The position numbers and the translations under genes are program-made. The notes below the pieces were generated by a model. The model had not been told where the DNA came from, did not search any database, and saw only the letters and a program-made list of their open reading frames with translations. From Octopus vulgaris (lineage: Eukaryota), in assembly GCA_951406725.2 (NCBI GenBank), contig OX597841.1, positions 12,958,001 to 13,022,000 of the forward strand: a DNA stretch of 64,000 nt. The letters are read 5' to 3'. Numbering within the stretch: position 1 is the first letter of the stretch; each line of letters begins with the position of its first letter. Shown here one piece after another: positions 1-17,300 of the stretch.

Positions 1-3000
1 ATACATACATACATTCACACATACATTCACACATACATACATACATTCATACATACATTCATACATTCACACATACATACATTCATACATTCACACATAC
101 TTTCATACATTCACACATACATTCATACATTCACACATACATTCACACATACATACACACATACATTCATACATACACACATACATTCACACATACATAC
201 ACACATACATTCATACATTCACACATACATTCACACATACATACATTCACACATACATACATACATACATTCATACATTCACACATACATTCATACATAC
301 ATACATACATTCACACATACATACATTCACACATACATACACACATACATTCATACATACACACATACATTCACACATACATACACACATACATTCATAC
401 ATTCACACATACATTCACACATACATACATTCACACATACATACATACATACATTCATACATTCACACATACATTCATACATACACACATACATTCATAC
501 ATTCATACATACATACATTCATACATTCACACATACATTCATACATACATACATACATTCACACACATACATTCATACATTCACACATACATTCATACAT
601 TCATACATACATTCATACATTCACACATACATTCACACATACATTCATACATTCACACATACATACATACATTCACACATACATACATTCACACATACAT
701 ACATACATACATTCATACATACACACATACATTCATACATTCATACATACATACATTCATACATTCATACATTCACACATACATACATTCATACATTCAC
801 ACATACATTCATACATTCACACATACATTCATACATTCACACATACATTCATACATTCACACATACATACATACATTCACACATACATTCACACATACAT
901 ACACACATACATTCATACATTCACACATACATTCATACATTCACACATACATTCATACATTCACACATACATACATACATTCACACATACATTCACACAT
1001 ACATACACACATACATTCATACATTCACACATACATTCATACATTCACACATACATTCATACATTCACACATACATACATACATTCACACATACGTTCAC
1101 ACATACATACACACATACATTCATACATTCACACATACATTCATACATTCACACATACATTCATACATTCATACATTCACACATACATACATTCATACAT
1201 TCACACATACATTCATACATTCACACATACATTCATACATTCACACATTCATTCATACATACATACATACATACATTCACACATACATTCACACATACAT
1301 ACACACATACATTCATACATTCACACATACATTCATACATTCACACATACATTCATACATTCACACATACATACATACATTCACACATACATTCACACAT
1401 ACATACACACATACATTCATACATTCACACATACATTCATACATTCACACATACATTCATACATTCACACATACATACATACATTCACACATACATTCAC
1501 ACATACATACACACATACATTCATACATTCACACATACATTCATACATTCACACATACATTCATACATTCATACATTCACACATACATACATTCATACAT
1601 TCACACATACATTCATACATTCACACATACATTCATACATACACACATACATTCATACATTCACACATACATTCACACATACATACACACATACATTCAT
1701 ACATTCACACATACATTCATACATTCACACATACATTCATACATTCATACATTCACACATACATACATACATACATTCACACATACATTCAAACATACAC
1801 ACATACATTCATACATTCACACATACATTCATACATTCACACATACATTCATACATTCACACATACATACATACATTCACACATACATTCACACATACAT
1901 ACACACATACATTCATACATTCACACATACATTCATACATTCACACATACATTCATACATTCACACATACATACATACATTCACACATACATTCACACAT
2001 ACATACACACATACATTCATACATTCACACATACATTCATACATTCACACATACATTCATACATTCATACATTCACACATACATACATTCATACATTCAC
2101 ACATACATTCATACATTCACACATACATTCATACATTCACACATACATTCATACATTCACACATACATACATACATTCACACATACATTCACACATACAT
2201 ACACCCATACATTCATACATTCACACATACATTCACACATACATTCATACATTCACACATACATACATACATTCACACATACATTCACACATACATACAC
2301 ACATACATTCATACATTCACACATACATTCATACATTCACACATACATTCATACATTCACACATACATTCATACATTCACACATACATTCATACATTCAC
2401 ACATACATACATTCATACATTCACACATACATTCATACATTCACACATACATACATTCATACATTCACACATACATTCATACATTCACACATACATTCAT
2501 ACATTCACACATACATACATACATTCACACATACATTCATACATTCACACATACATTCACACATACATACACACATACATTCATGCATTCACACATACAT
2601 TCATACATTCACACATACATTCATACATTCACACATACATACATACATTCACACATACATTCACACATACATACACACATACATTCATACATTCACACAT
2701 ACATTCATACATTCACACATACATTCATACATTCACACATACATTCATACATTCACACATACATTCACACATACATACACACATACATTCATACATACAC
2801 ACATACATACATACATTCATACATTCACACATACATACACACATACATTCATACATACACACATACATTCATACATTCATACATTCACACATACATACAT
2901 TCATACATTCATACATTCACACATACATACTTACATTCACACATACATACATTCACACATACATACTTACATTCATACATTCATACATTCACACATACAT

Positions 3001-6000
3001 ACTTACATTCACACATACATACATTCACACATACATACATTCACACATACATACATTCATACATTCACACATACATTCATACATTCCCACATACATACAT
3101 ACATTCACACATACATACATTCACACATACATACATACATACATTCACACATACATACATTCATACATTCACACATACATACATTCATACATTCACACAT
3201 ACTTTCATACATTCACACATACATTCATACATTCACACATACATTCACACATACATACACACATACATTCATACATTCACACATACATTCATACATTCAT
3301 ACATTCACACATACATACATACATTCACACATACATACATTCACACATACATACATTCATACATTCACACATACATTCATACATTCACACATACATTCAT
3401 ACATTCACACATACATACATACATTCACACATACATTCACACATACATACACACATACATTCATACATTCACACATACATACATACATTCATACATACAT
3501 ACATTCACACATACATTCACACATACATACATACATTCATACATACATTCATACATTCACACATACTTTCATACATTCACACATACATTCATACATTCAC
3601 ACATACATTCACACATACATACACACATACATTCATACATACACACATACATTCACACATACATACACACATACATTCATACATTCACACATACATTCAC
3701 ACATACATACATTCACACATACATACACACATACATTCATACATTCACACATACATTCATACATTCACACATACATACATTCATACATTCATACATTCAC
3801 ACATACATTCATACATTCACACATAAATACATACATTCACACATACATACATTCACACATACATACATTCACACATTCATACATTCACACATACATTCAT
3901 ACATTCACACATACATACATTCATACATTCATACATTCACACATACATACATTCATACATTCATACATTCACACATACATTCATACATTCACACATACAT
4001 TCACACATACATACATTCATACATTCATACATTCATACATACATACATACATTCACACATACATACATTCATACATTCACACATACATACATTCATACAT
4101 TCACACATACATACATTCATTCATACATACATACATACATTCACACATACATACATTCACACATACATACATACATACATTCACACATACATACATTCAT
4201 ACATTCACACATACATACATTCACACATACATTCATACATTCACACATACATTCATACATTCACACATACATACATACATTCACACATACATACATTCAC
4301 ACATACATACACACATACATTCATACATTCACACATACATTCATACATTCACACATACATACATTCATACATTCACACATACATACATACATTCACACAT
4401 ACATACATTCACACATACATACATTCACACATACATACATTCATACATTCACACATACATTCATACATTCACACATACATACATACATTCACACATACAT
4501 TCACACATACATACATACATTCACACATACATACATACACACATACATACATTCACACATACATACATTCATACATTCACACATACATTCATACATTCAC
4601 ACATACATACATACATTCACACATACATTCACACATACATTCACACATACATACATACATTCACACATACATTCACACATACATACACACATACATTCAT
4701 ACATACACACATACATTCACACATACATACACACATACATTCACACATACATTCACACATACATACATACACACATACATTCATACATACACACATACAT
4801 TCACACATACATTCATACATTCACACATACATTCACACATACATACATACACACATACATTCATACATTCACACATACATTCACACATACATACATACAC
4901 ACATACATTCATACATACACACATACATACACACATACATTCATACATTCATACATACATACATACATTCACACATACATTCACACATACATACACACAT
5001 ACATTCATACATACACACATACATACACACATACATTCATACATACACACATACATTCACACATACATACATACATTCACACATACATACATACATACAT
5101 TCATACATTCACACATACATACATACATTCACACATACATTCACACATACATACACACATACATTCATACATTCACACATACATACACACATACATTCAT
5201 ACATACACACATACATTCACACATACATTCATACATTCACACATACATTCACACATAGATACATACACACATACATTCATACATACACACATACATTCAC
5301 ACATACATACATACATTCACACATACATACATACATACATTCATACATTCATACATACATACATTCACACATACATTCACACATACATTCATACATACAT
5401 TCACACATACATACATACATACACACATACATTCATACATACACACATACATTCACACATACATTCATACATACACACATACATTCATACATACACACAT
5501 ACATTCACACATACATACATACATTCACACATACATACATACATACATTCATACATTCACACATACATTCATACATACACACATACATTCACACATACAT
5601 ACATACATTCACACATACATACATACATACATTCATACATTCACACATACATACATTCACACATACATTCACACATACATTCACACATACATACATACAT
5701 TCACACATACATACATTCACACATACATACATTCACACATACATACATTCATACATTCACACATACATTCATACATTCACACATACATACATACATTCAC
5801 ACATACATTCACACATACATTCACACATACATACATACATTCACACATACATTCACACATACATTCACACATACATACATACATTCACACATACATTCAC
5901 ACATACATACACACATACATTCATACATTCACACATACATTCATACATTCACACATACATTCATACATTCACACATACATACATACATTCACACATACAT

Positions 6001-8020
6001 TCACACATACATACACACATACATTCATACATTCACACATACATTCATACATTCACACATACATTCATACATTCATACATTCACACATACATACATTCAT
6101 ACATTCACACATACATTCATACATTCACACATACATTCATACATACACACATACATTCATACATTCACACATACATTCACACATACATACATACACACAT
6201 ACATTCATACATACACATACATTCACACATACATACACACATACATTCACACATACATTCACACATACATACATACACACATACATTCATACATTCACAC
6301 ATACATTCACACATACATACATACATACATACATACATACATACACACATACATACATACATACATTCATACATACATACATACATTCACACATACATTC
6401 ACACATACATACACACATACATTCATACATACACACATACATTCACACATACATTCATACATTCACACATACATTCACACATACATACATACACACATAC
6501 ATTCATACATACACACATACATTCACACATACATACATACATTCACACATACATACATACATACATTCATACATTCACACATACATACATACATACATAC
6601 ATACATTCACACATACATTCATACATTCACACATACATTCATACATTCACACATACATTCATACATACATACATACATACATTCACACATACATTCATAC
6701 ATTCACACATACATACATACATTCACACATACATTCACACATACATACATACATACATTCATACATTTACACATACATACACACATACATTCATACATAC
6801 ACACATACATTCACACATACATTCATACATTCACACATACATTCACACATACATACATACACACATACATTCATACATACACACATACATTCACACATAC
6901 ATACATACATACATTCATACATTCACACATACATACATACATTCATACATACATACATACATTCACACATACATACATTCACACATACATACACACATAC
7001 ATTCACACATACATACACACATACATTCATACATTCACACATACATTCACACATACATACATACACACATACATTCATACATACACACATACATTCACAC
7101 ATACATACATACATACATTCATACATTCACACATACACACATACATACACACATACATTCATACATACACACATACATTCATACATACATACATTCACAC
7201 ATACATACATACATTCACACATACATACATACATACATTCATACATTCATACATACATACATACATACATACATTCATACATTCACACATACATACACAC
7301 ATACATTCATACATTCACACATACATTCACACATACATACACACACACATACATTCATACATACACACATACATTCACACATACATTCACACATACATAC
7401 ACACACACATACATACATACATACATACATACATACATACATACATTCATACATTCATACATACATACATACATACATACATTCATACATACATTCATAC
7501 ATTCATACATACATTCATACATTCATACATACACACATACATTCATACATTCACACATACATTCATACATACATACATACATACATTCATACATTCACAC
7601 ATACATACATACATTCACACATACATACATTCACACATACATACATTCATACATTCACACATACATACATACATTCACACATACATACATACATTCACAC
7701 ATACATACATACATTCACACATACATACATTCACACATACATTCATACATTCACACATACATACATACATACATTCATACATTCATACATACATTCATAC
7801 ATACACACATACATACACACACACATACATACATACATTCATACATACATACATACATACATTCACACATACATACATACATACATTCATACATTCATAC
7901 ATACATACATACATTCACACATACATACCCATACATACATACATACATTCATACATACATACATACATACATACCCATACATACATATATACATACATTC
8001 ATACATACACACATACATAC
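1..8020. repeat. Compound tetranucleotide satellite (CATA/CATT/CACA), copy 1; runs off the window start
   Basis: Continuous mixture of 4-mers with a recurring ~16-mer (CATTCACACATACATT/CATA); almost no G on the + strand. Confidence 0.99.
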
Positions 8021-8143
8021 ATGTAATAACTCCTGTGATATAGTTTGCGTTTATTTTTGCCGCTGTCATTCCAACCATGACCATCCGGTGTTTTCCCTTC
8101 AACGAAAGCTGCACTACATTATCCACTGCGTCACGTTTTACAA
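8021..8143 (-). CDS. Candidate internal exon, 123 nt, phase 1-1: (x)VKRDAVDNVVQLSLKGKHRMVMVGMTAAKINANYITGVIT; product unknown
   Basis: Minus strand: tttcactctgcag|TTGTAAAACG...GTTATTACAT|gtatgt. Only one frame is open; unique sequence between repeats. Confidence 0.55.
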
Positions 8144-8219
8144 CTGCAGAGTGAAATTTAAGAATATGTATGAATGCATGTATGTATGTAATGTATGTTT
8201 TTATGTATATATGTACGTA

Positions 8220-8589
8220 CTAGCAGTATCGCCCGGCGTTGCTCGGGTTTGTAAGGGAAATAACTATAAAGCATTTTTAGAGAGTTATAGCCAAAAAAAT
8301 GGAAAAAAAATGATGGTAAATTTTTTTAGTTAAAAAGGTCGAGTTGCGTCCCCTAGACAGTCTGTGGTTTGTGTTTCTGATTCTCGACCCCATGTCGAAT
8401 TTATCGATTTTTTTCAGAACTGGGGGAACTTTTCAAAATTTTCGCTGCGTTAGTTTTGAATTATGACATTGGGCTATGTGTGTGTCAAGTTTCATCAGAA
8501 TCGGTTGAAAGCCGTGGTCAGGGTGAGGGTACAACCTGACAGACACACAGACACACAGACAGACAAACTGCCGTTTATATATAGAGAGA
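8220..8589 (-). mobile_element. Non-autonomous Helitron
   Basis: Minus strand starts A|TCTCTCTATATATAAAC, has an internal (CTGT) microsatellite, and ends with hairpin CCCGAGCAACGCCGGG, 8 nt, then CTAG|T. No TSD. Absent from the duplicate block at ~21740. Confidence 0.8.
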
Positions 8590-9099
8590 TATATGTATGT
8601 ATGTATGAATGTATATATGTATGTATGTATGTATGCATGCATGTATGTATGTATATATGTATGTATGTGTGTATGTATGTATATATGTATGCATTTATTT
8701 ATGTATGTATGAATGCATGTTTGTATATATGTATGTACGTATGTATGGTGTCTTCTATTTTTTTAACTATTATAAATCTTCCACTGAGGAGGGACCCTGT
8801 TTCCAACAAAGATACATGGTTCCATCTTTGTGATGTAGTTAACACAGATGTATTTATGTATACACGTATAGGTGCGTGTCTGTGTATATTTACGTGTGAT
8901 TTCAGACATGGATCTTCCACTTTTGTAATGGTTTTTAAGTTTTTGTTTTGGAATGTTTTCACTTCTAAATATCTTTACTGAGACTGACATAAAATTGGTT
9001 AAGTCAACTGAATTTGAGGTTAATTTGATTCCCATTAATAGAATAAGAAATGAGGAAAGCTTCTAACGATACAGAAATGAAAATAAAAAAACCTTTACA

Positions 9100-9365
9100 T
9101 ATCATCATCATCATCATCATCATCGTTTAACGTCCACTTTCCATGCTAGCATGGGTTGGACGATTTTGACGTAGGACTGGCGAACCAGATGGCTGCACCA
9201 GGCTCCAGTCTGATCTGGCAGTGTTTCTACAGCTGGATGCCCTTCCTAACGCCAACCACTCCGAGAGTGTAGTGGGTGCTTTTTACGTGCCACCTGCAGA
9301 GGGGCCAGGGGAGGCTGGCAAATGGCCACGATCGGTTGGCGCTTTTACGTGTCACTGACATGGAC
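9100..9365 (-). mobile_element. 5'-truncated RTE-type LINE 3' end with (GAT)n tail; duplicate at 22227-22495
   Basis: (CAT)n-CGTTTAACGTCCACTTTCCATGCTAGCATGGGTTGG...GGATGCCCTTCCTAACGCC. Same family as 28655-29140 and 33200-34025, where it is attached to RTE ORF remnants. Confidence 0.8.
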
Positions 9366-10230
9366 GCTTTTTCTATATAAAGTTTGTGAATGTATATTTG
9401 ACTGAAATACATACAAAAATTTTATTCAAAGGAATTTTTCTACATACAGTGTGTATATATTTTTGACTGAAGCACAAAATTTTATTCAAATAATTTTTCT
9501 ATAAAGTTTGTATAAGATTTTGATTAAAATACACATAATTTTATTCAAAGTACACATTTTATATAAAGTGTATGGACATATATTTGACTAAAACGAATTT
9601 AATTTTATTCAGAAGACTTTTTCTACACAGTGTATATATATTTTTGACTAAAATATATAATTTTATTCAAAGGACTTTTTCTACATACAGTATATACGTA
9701 TTTTTGACAAAAACACAAAATTTTATTCAAATGACTTTTCCACACAGGGTATGTATATATTTTGACTAAAATACATATAATTCTATTGAAAAGACTTCTA
9801 CATACAGTAGGTGTATATTTTTCATTGAGTTATAGAGAATTTTATTCAAAGAATTATTTCCTCTACGCTGTATATATATTTTTTACTGAAATACATATTT
9901 TATTCAAAAGACTTTTATATATAGCATGTATATATTTTTTACTAAAATATATGTGAATTTATTCTCAAGATTTTGTTTATATATAGTGTGTCTGTAGTAA
10001 AACAATTTAATTTTAATCAAAGGTCTTTTCTACATACAGTGTTTTTTTGACTAAAATACAAATAACTTTATTCAAATGATTTTTTTTCTTCGTTGAGTGT
10101 GTATATAACTTTGATTGAATTACTCTTAATTTTACACAAAGAACTTCTTCAACATAGAGTGTGTATATATATTTTGACGGAAATATAATTTTATTCAAAT
10201 GAATTTTTCTGCATACAATGTACATATAGT
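9365..10230. repeat. AT-rich minisatellite, ~60-bp period, ~14 diverged units; duplicate at ~22495-23365
   Basis: TTATTCAAA recurs at ~9422, 9482, 9541, 9663, 9723, 9842, 9900... Confidence 0.85.
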
Positions 10231-10298
10231 TTTTGATTACATACATACATACATACATACATATGTATGTATTGAGATATATATATATATATATATAT

Positions 10299-10621
10299 AA
10301 ACAATTGCAGCGTAGAAGGTGTTTGTAAGCCATTCAAGAAACACACAAAAGGCGTGCGATTCACTTCAACATTTAAGTTTAATTTGTCAAAATATTTTCG
10401 TTGCTAAAATCCGCAACCCGTTCACTACGGATGTTTGTCAGTGAACAGGTCGCGGATTTTAGCGACGAAAATATTTTGACAAATTAAACTTAAATGTTGA
10501 AGTGAATTGAACGGCTTTTGTGTGTTTCTTAAATGGCTTATAAACACCTTCCACGCTGCAATTGTTTTCGTTTCAGCACACGATCTCAGATCAAATTACT
10601 TGCTATGCGAGTACATCTCCG

Positions 10622-10625
<4 letters not shown>
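10299..10625. mobile_element. Palindromic (foldback) element in (TA)n, probably a Penelope pseudo-LTR relic; duplicate at 23421-23745
   Basis: Arms 10299-~10426 and ~10440-10567 are near-perfect reverse complements; contains a hammerhead-like motif. Confidence 0.65.
10434..10483 (+). ncRNA. Type I hammerhead ribozyme variant (G3-C8 core); duplicate at 23556-23605
   Basis: TTTGTCA [GTGAACA] G GTCGC-ggatttta-GCGAC [GAAA] ATAT [TT] TGACAAA: 7-bp stem I, 5-bp stem II, palindromic stem III. Confidence 0.6.
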
Positions 10626-10663
<38 letters not shown>

Positions 10664-10755
10664 TATGTAGATAGGGTTATATATATATATATATGTGTGA
10701 CTACGGTCTCATATATGTCTGTATATAGACAGTTGCAACACTCCTGTCACAACCT

Positions 10756-10799
10756 GGGACCTTGAAGACTGCTTGAATGCAAGAAAGTATACTAGTCCC
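10756..10799 (+). ncRNA. Minimal type I hammerhead-like motif, slightly decayed; duplicate at 23899-23942
   Basis: GGGAC [CTTGAAGA] CTGC-ttgaat-GCAA [GAAA] GTATAC [TA] GTCCC. Confidence 0.55.
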
Positions 10800-10967
10800 T
10801 TAATATTTGATATTCGATATTTCATCTATTCAATATGACAATCAATACTTCATTTCTTTTTTACTATATATATATACTATTTATACTATATATTCTATAT
10901 TCTACATTAATATTATAAAGAATATAAATAAAACACGTAAAAAACAGACAGAGTTGGAATTTCTTTG

Positions 10968-11038
<71 letters not shown>

Positions 11039-11216
11039 ATCAGTTAAAATAAACGAATGAAACTAATGGACGAGAGGAGGAGAAGAAGTGTGTTATGCTG
11101 AGGTTTGGTGAAAAGAGAGAGTTTGATGTTTTGAGCTTAGCTCTTTGTTGGAAAGGAGAAGGGGAAAAGTCCTAAGAAGAGAAAGGAATCACCAAGTGGT
11201 GGACAAACGAAAGAAA

Positions 11217-11316
11217 NNNNNNNNNNNNNNNNNNNNNNNNNNNNNNNNNNNNNNNNNNNNNNNNNNNNNNNNNNNNNNNNNNNNNNNNNNNNNNNNNNNN
11301 NNNNNNNNNNNNNNNN
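11217..11316. other. Assembly gap (100 N)
   Basis: Run of exactly 100 N, a placeholder gap size. Confidence 1.
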
Positions 11317-14300
11317 CATTCATACATTCACACATACATTCATACATTCACACATACATACATACATTCACACATACATTCACACATACATACACACATA
11401 CATTCATACATTCACACATACATTCATACATTCATACATTCACACATACATACATACATACATTCATACATTCACACATACATTCATACATACATTCATA
11501 CATTCATACATACATACATGCATTCATACATACATACATACATACATACATACAGTCATACATACATACATTCACACATACATTCATACATTCACACATA
11601 CATACATTCATACATTCACACATACATTCATACATTCACACATACATTCATACATTCATACATTCACACATACATACATACATACATTCATACATTCACA
11701 CATACATACATTCATACATTCACACATACATTCATACATTCACACATACATACATACATTCACACATACATACACACATACATACATACATTTACACATA
11801 CATTCATACATTCATACATTCACACATACATACATTCATACATTCATACATTCACACATACATTCATACATTCACACATACATACATACATTCACACATA
11901 CATACATTCATACATTCACACATACATACATTCATACATTCACACATACATACATACATTCACACATACATTCATACATTCACACATACATTCACACATA
12001 CATACACACATACATTCATACATTCACACATACATTCATACATTCACACATACATTCATACATTCACACATACATACATACATTCACACACACATACATT
12101 CACACATACATACACACATACATTCATACAGTCACACATACATTCATACATTCACATACATTCATACATTCACACATACATTCATACATTCACACATACA
12201 TTCACACATACATACACACATACATTCATACATACACACATACATTCATACATTCATACATTCACACATACATACATTCATACATTCATACATTCACACA
12301 TACATTCATACATTCACACATACATACATACATTCACACATACATACATTCACACATACATACATTCACACATACATACATTCATACATTCACACATACA
12401 TTCATACATTCACACATACATACATACATTCACACATACATACATTCACACATACATACATACATACATTCACACATACATACATTCATACATTCACACA
12501 TACATACATTCATACATTCACACATACATACATTCATACATTCACACATACATTCATACATTCACACATACATTCACACATACATACACACATACATTCA
12601 TACATTCACACATACATTCATACATTCATACATTCACACATACATACATTCATACATTCATACATTCACACATACATTCATACATTCACACATACATACA
12701 TACATTCACACATACATACATTCACACATACATACATTCACACATACATTCACACAAACATACACACATACATTCATACATTCACACATACATTCATACA
12801 TTCATACATTCACACATACATACATTCATACATTCATACATTCACACATACATACATTCATACATTCATACATTCACACATACATTCATACATTCACACA
12901 TACATACATACATTCACACATACATACATTCACACATTCATACATTCACACATACATTCACACATACATACACACATACATTCATACATTCACACATACA
13001 TTCATACATTCATACATTCACACATACATACATTCATACATTCATACATTCACACATACATTCATACATTCACACATACATACATACATTCACACATACA
13101 TACATTCACACATACATACATACATACATTCACACATACATACATTCATACATTCACACATACATACATTCATACATTCACACATACATACATTCATACA
13201 TTCACACATACATTCATACATTCACACATACATTCACACATACATACACACATACATTCATACATTCACACATACATTCATACATTCATACATTCACACA
13301 TACATACATTCATACATTCATACATTCACACATACATTCATACATTCACACATACATACATACATTCACACATACATACATACATTCACACATACATTCA
13401 TACATTCACACATACATACATACATTCATACATTCACACATACATACATTCATACATTCACACATACATACATTCATACATTCACACATACATTCATACA
13501 TTCACACATACATACATACATTCACACATACATTCATACATTCACACATACATACATACATTCATACATTCACACATACATACATTCATACATTCACACA
13601 TACATACATTCATACATTCACACATACATTCATACATTCACACATACATACATACATTCACACATACATTCACACATACATACACACATACATTCATACA
13701 TTCACACATACATTCATACATTCATACATTCACACATACATACATACATACATTCATACATTCACACATACATTCATACATACATACATACATTCATACA
13801 TACATACATACATTCATACATACATACATACATACATACATACATACATTCATACATACATACATTCACACATACATTCATACATTCACACATACATACA
13901 TTCATACATTCACACATACATTCATACATTCACACATACATTCATACACATTCATACATATTCACACATACATACATACATACATTCATACATTCACACA
14001 TACATACATTCATACATTCACACATACATTCATACATTCACACATTCATACATACATACACACATACATTCATACATTTACACATACATTCATACATTCA
14101 TACTTTCACACATACATACATTCATACATTCATACATTCACACATACATTCATACATTCACACATACATACATACATTCACACATACATACATTCATACA
14201 TTCACACATACATACATTCATACATTCACACATACATACATACATTCACACATACATTCATACATTCACACATACATTCACACATACATACACACATACA

Positions 14301-17300
14301 TTCATACATTCACACATACATACATACATTCACACATACATTCATACATTCACACATACATTCACACATACATACACACATACATTCATACATACACACA
14401 TACATTCATACATTCATACATTCACACATACATACATTCATACATACATACATTCACACATACATTCATACATTCACACATACATACATACATTCACACA
14501 TACATACATTCACACATACATACATTCACACATACATACATACATTCACATACATACATTCATACATTCACACATACATTCATACATTCACACATACATA
14601 CATACATTCACACATACATACATTCACACATACATACATACATACATTCACACATACATACATTCATACATTCACACATACATACATTCATACATTCACA
14701 CATACATACATTCATACATTCACACATACATTCATACATTCACACATACATTCACACATACATACACACATACATTCATACATTCACACATACATTCATA
14801 CATTCATACATTCACACATACATACATTCATACATTCATACATTCACACATACATTCATACATTCACACATACATACATACATTCACACACATACATTCA
14901 CACATACATACATTCACACATACATTCACACATACATACACACATACATTCATACATTCACACATACATTCATACATTCATACATTCACACATACATACA
15001 TTCATACATTCATACATTCACACATACATACATTCATACATTCATACATTCACACATACATTCATACATTCACAAATACATACATACATTCACACATACA
15101 TACATTCACACATTCATACATTCACACATACATTCACACATACATACACACATACATTCATACATTCACACATACATTCATACATTCATACATTCACACA
15201 TACATACATTCATACATTCATACATTCACACATACATTCATACATTCACACATACATACATACATTCACACATACATACATTCACACATACATACATTCA
15301 TACATACATTCACACATACATACATTCATACATTCACACATACATACATACATTCATACATTCACACATACATACATTCATACATTCACACATACATTCA
15401 TACATTCACACATACATTCACACATACATACACACATACATTCATACATTCACACATACATTCATACATTCATACATACACACATACATACATTCATACA
15501 TTCATACATTCACACATACATTCATACATTCACACATACATATCATACATTCACACATACATTCATACATTCACACATACATTCACACATACATACATTC
15601 ACACATACATACATTCACACATACATACATTCATACATTCACACATACATTCATACATTCACACATACATTCACACATACATACACACATACATTCATAC
15701 ATTCACACATACATTCATACATTCATACATTCACACATACATACATTCATACATTCATACATTCACACATACATTCATACATTCACACATACATTCATAC
15801 ATTCACACATACATTCATACATTCACAGATACATTCACACATACATACATTCACACATACATACATTCACACATACATACATTCACACATACATACATTC
15901 ATACATTCACACATACATTCATACATTCACACATACATTCATACATTCACACATACATACATACATTCACACATACATTCACACATACATTCACACATAC
16001 ATACATACATTCACACATACATTCACACATACATACACACATACATTCATACATTCACACATACATTCATACATTCACACATACATACATACATTCACAC
16101 ATACATTCACACATACATACATACATTCATACATACATACATACATTCACACATACATACATTCATACATTCACACATACATTCATACATTCACACATAC
16201 ATACATACATTCACACATACATTCACACATACATACACACATACATTCATACATACACACATACATTCACACATACATTCACACATACATTCATACATTC
16301 ACACATACATTCACACATACATACATTCACACATACATACATACATACATTCATACATTCACACATACATTCATACATACATACATACATTCACACATAC
16401 ATACATTCACACATACATACACACATACATTCATACATACACATCATACATTCACACATACATACACACATACATTCATACATTCACACATACATTCACA
16501 CATACATACATTCACACATACATACATACATACATTCATACATTCACACATACATTCATACATACACACATACATTCATACATTCATACATACATACATT
16601 CATACATTCACACATACATTCATACATACATACATACATTCACACACACATACATTCATACATTCACACATACTTTCATACATTCATACATACATTCATA
16701 CATTCACACATACATTCACACATACATTCATACATTCACACATACATACATACATTCACACATACATACATTCACACATACATACATACATACATTCATA
16801 CATACACACATACATTCATACATTCATACATACATACATTCATACATTCATACATTCACACATACATACATTCATACATACACACATACATTCATACATT
16901 CACACATACATTCATACATTCACACATTCATACATTCACACATACATACATACATTCATACATTCACACATACATACATTCATACATTCACACATACATT
17001 CATACATTCACACATACATTCATACATACATACATACATACATTCACACATACATTCACACATACATACATACATACATTCACACATACATTCATACATT
17101 CACACATACATTCATACATACATACATACATACATTCACACATACGTTCATACATACACACATACATTCATACATTCACATACATTCATACATTCACATA
17201 CATTCATACATTCATACATTCACACATACATTCATACATACATTCATCATACATACATTCACACATACATACATTCACATACATACATTCATACATACAT

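Noticed and set aside
11121-11155. Minus-strand CCAACAA-A-GAGC-taa-GCTC-AAAA-CA-TC motif (duplicate at ~24264-24298)
   Set aside because: Hammerhead-shaped, but both core boxes are mutated and stem I is only 3 bp; not supportable without a consensus.
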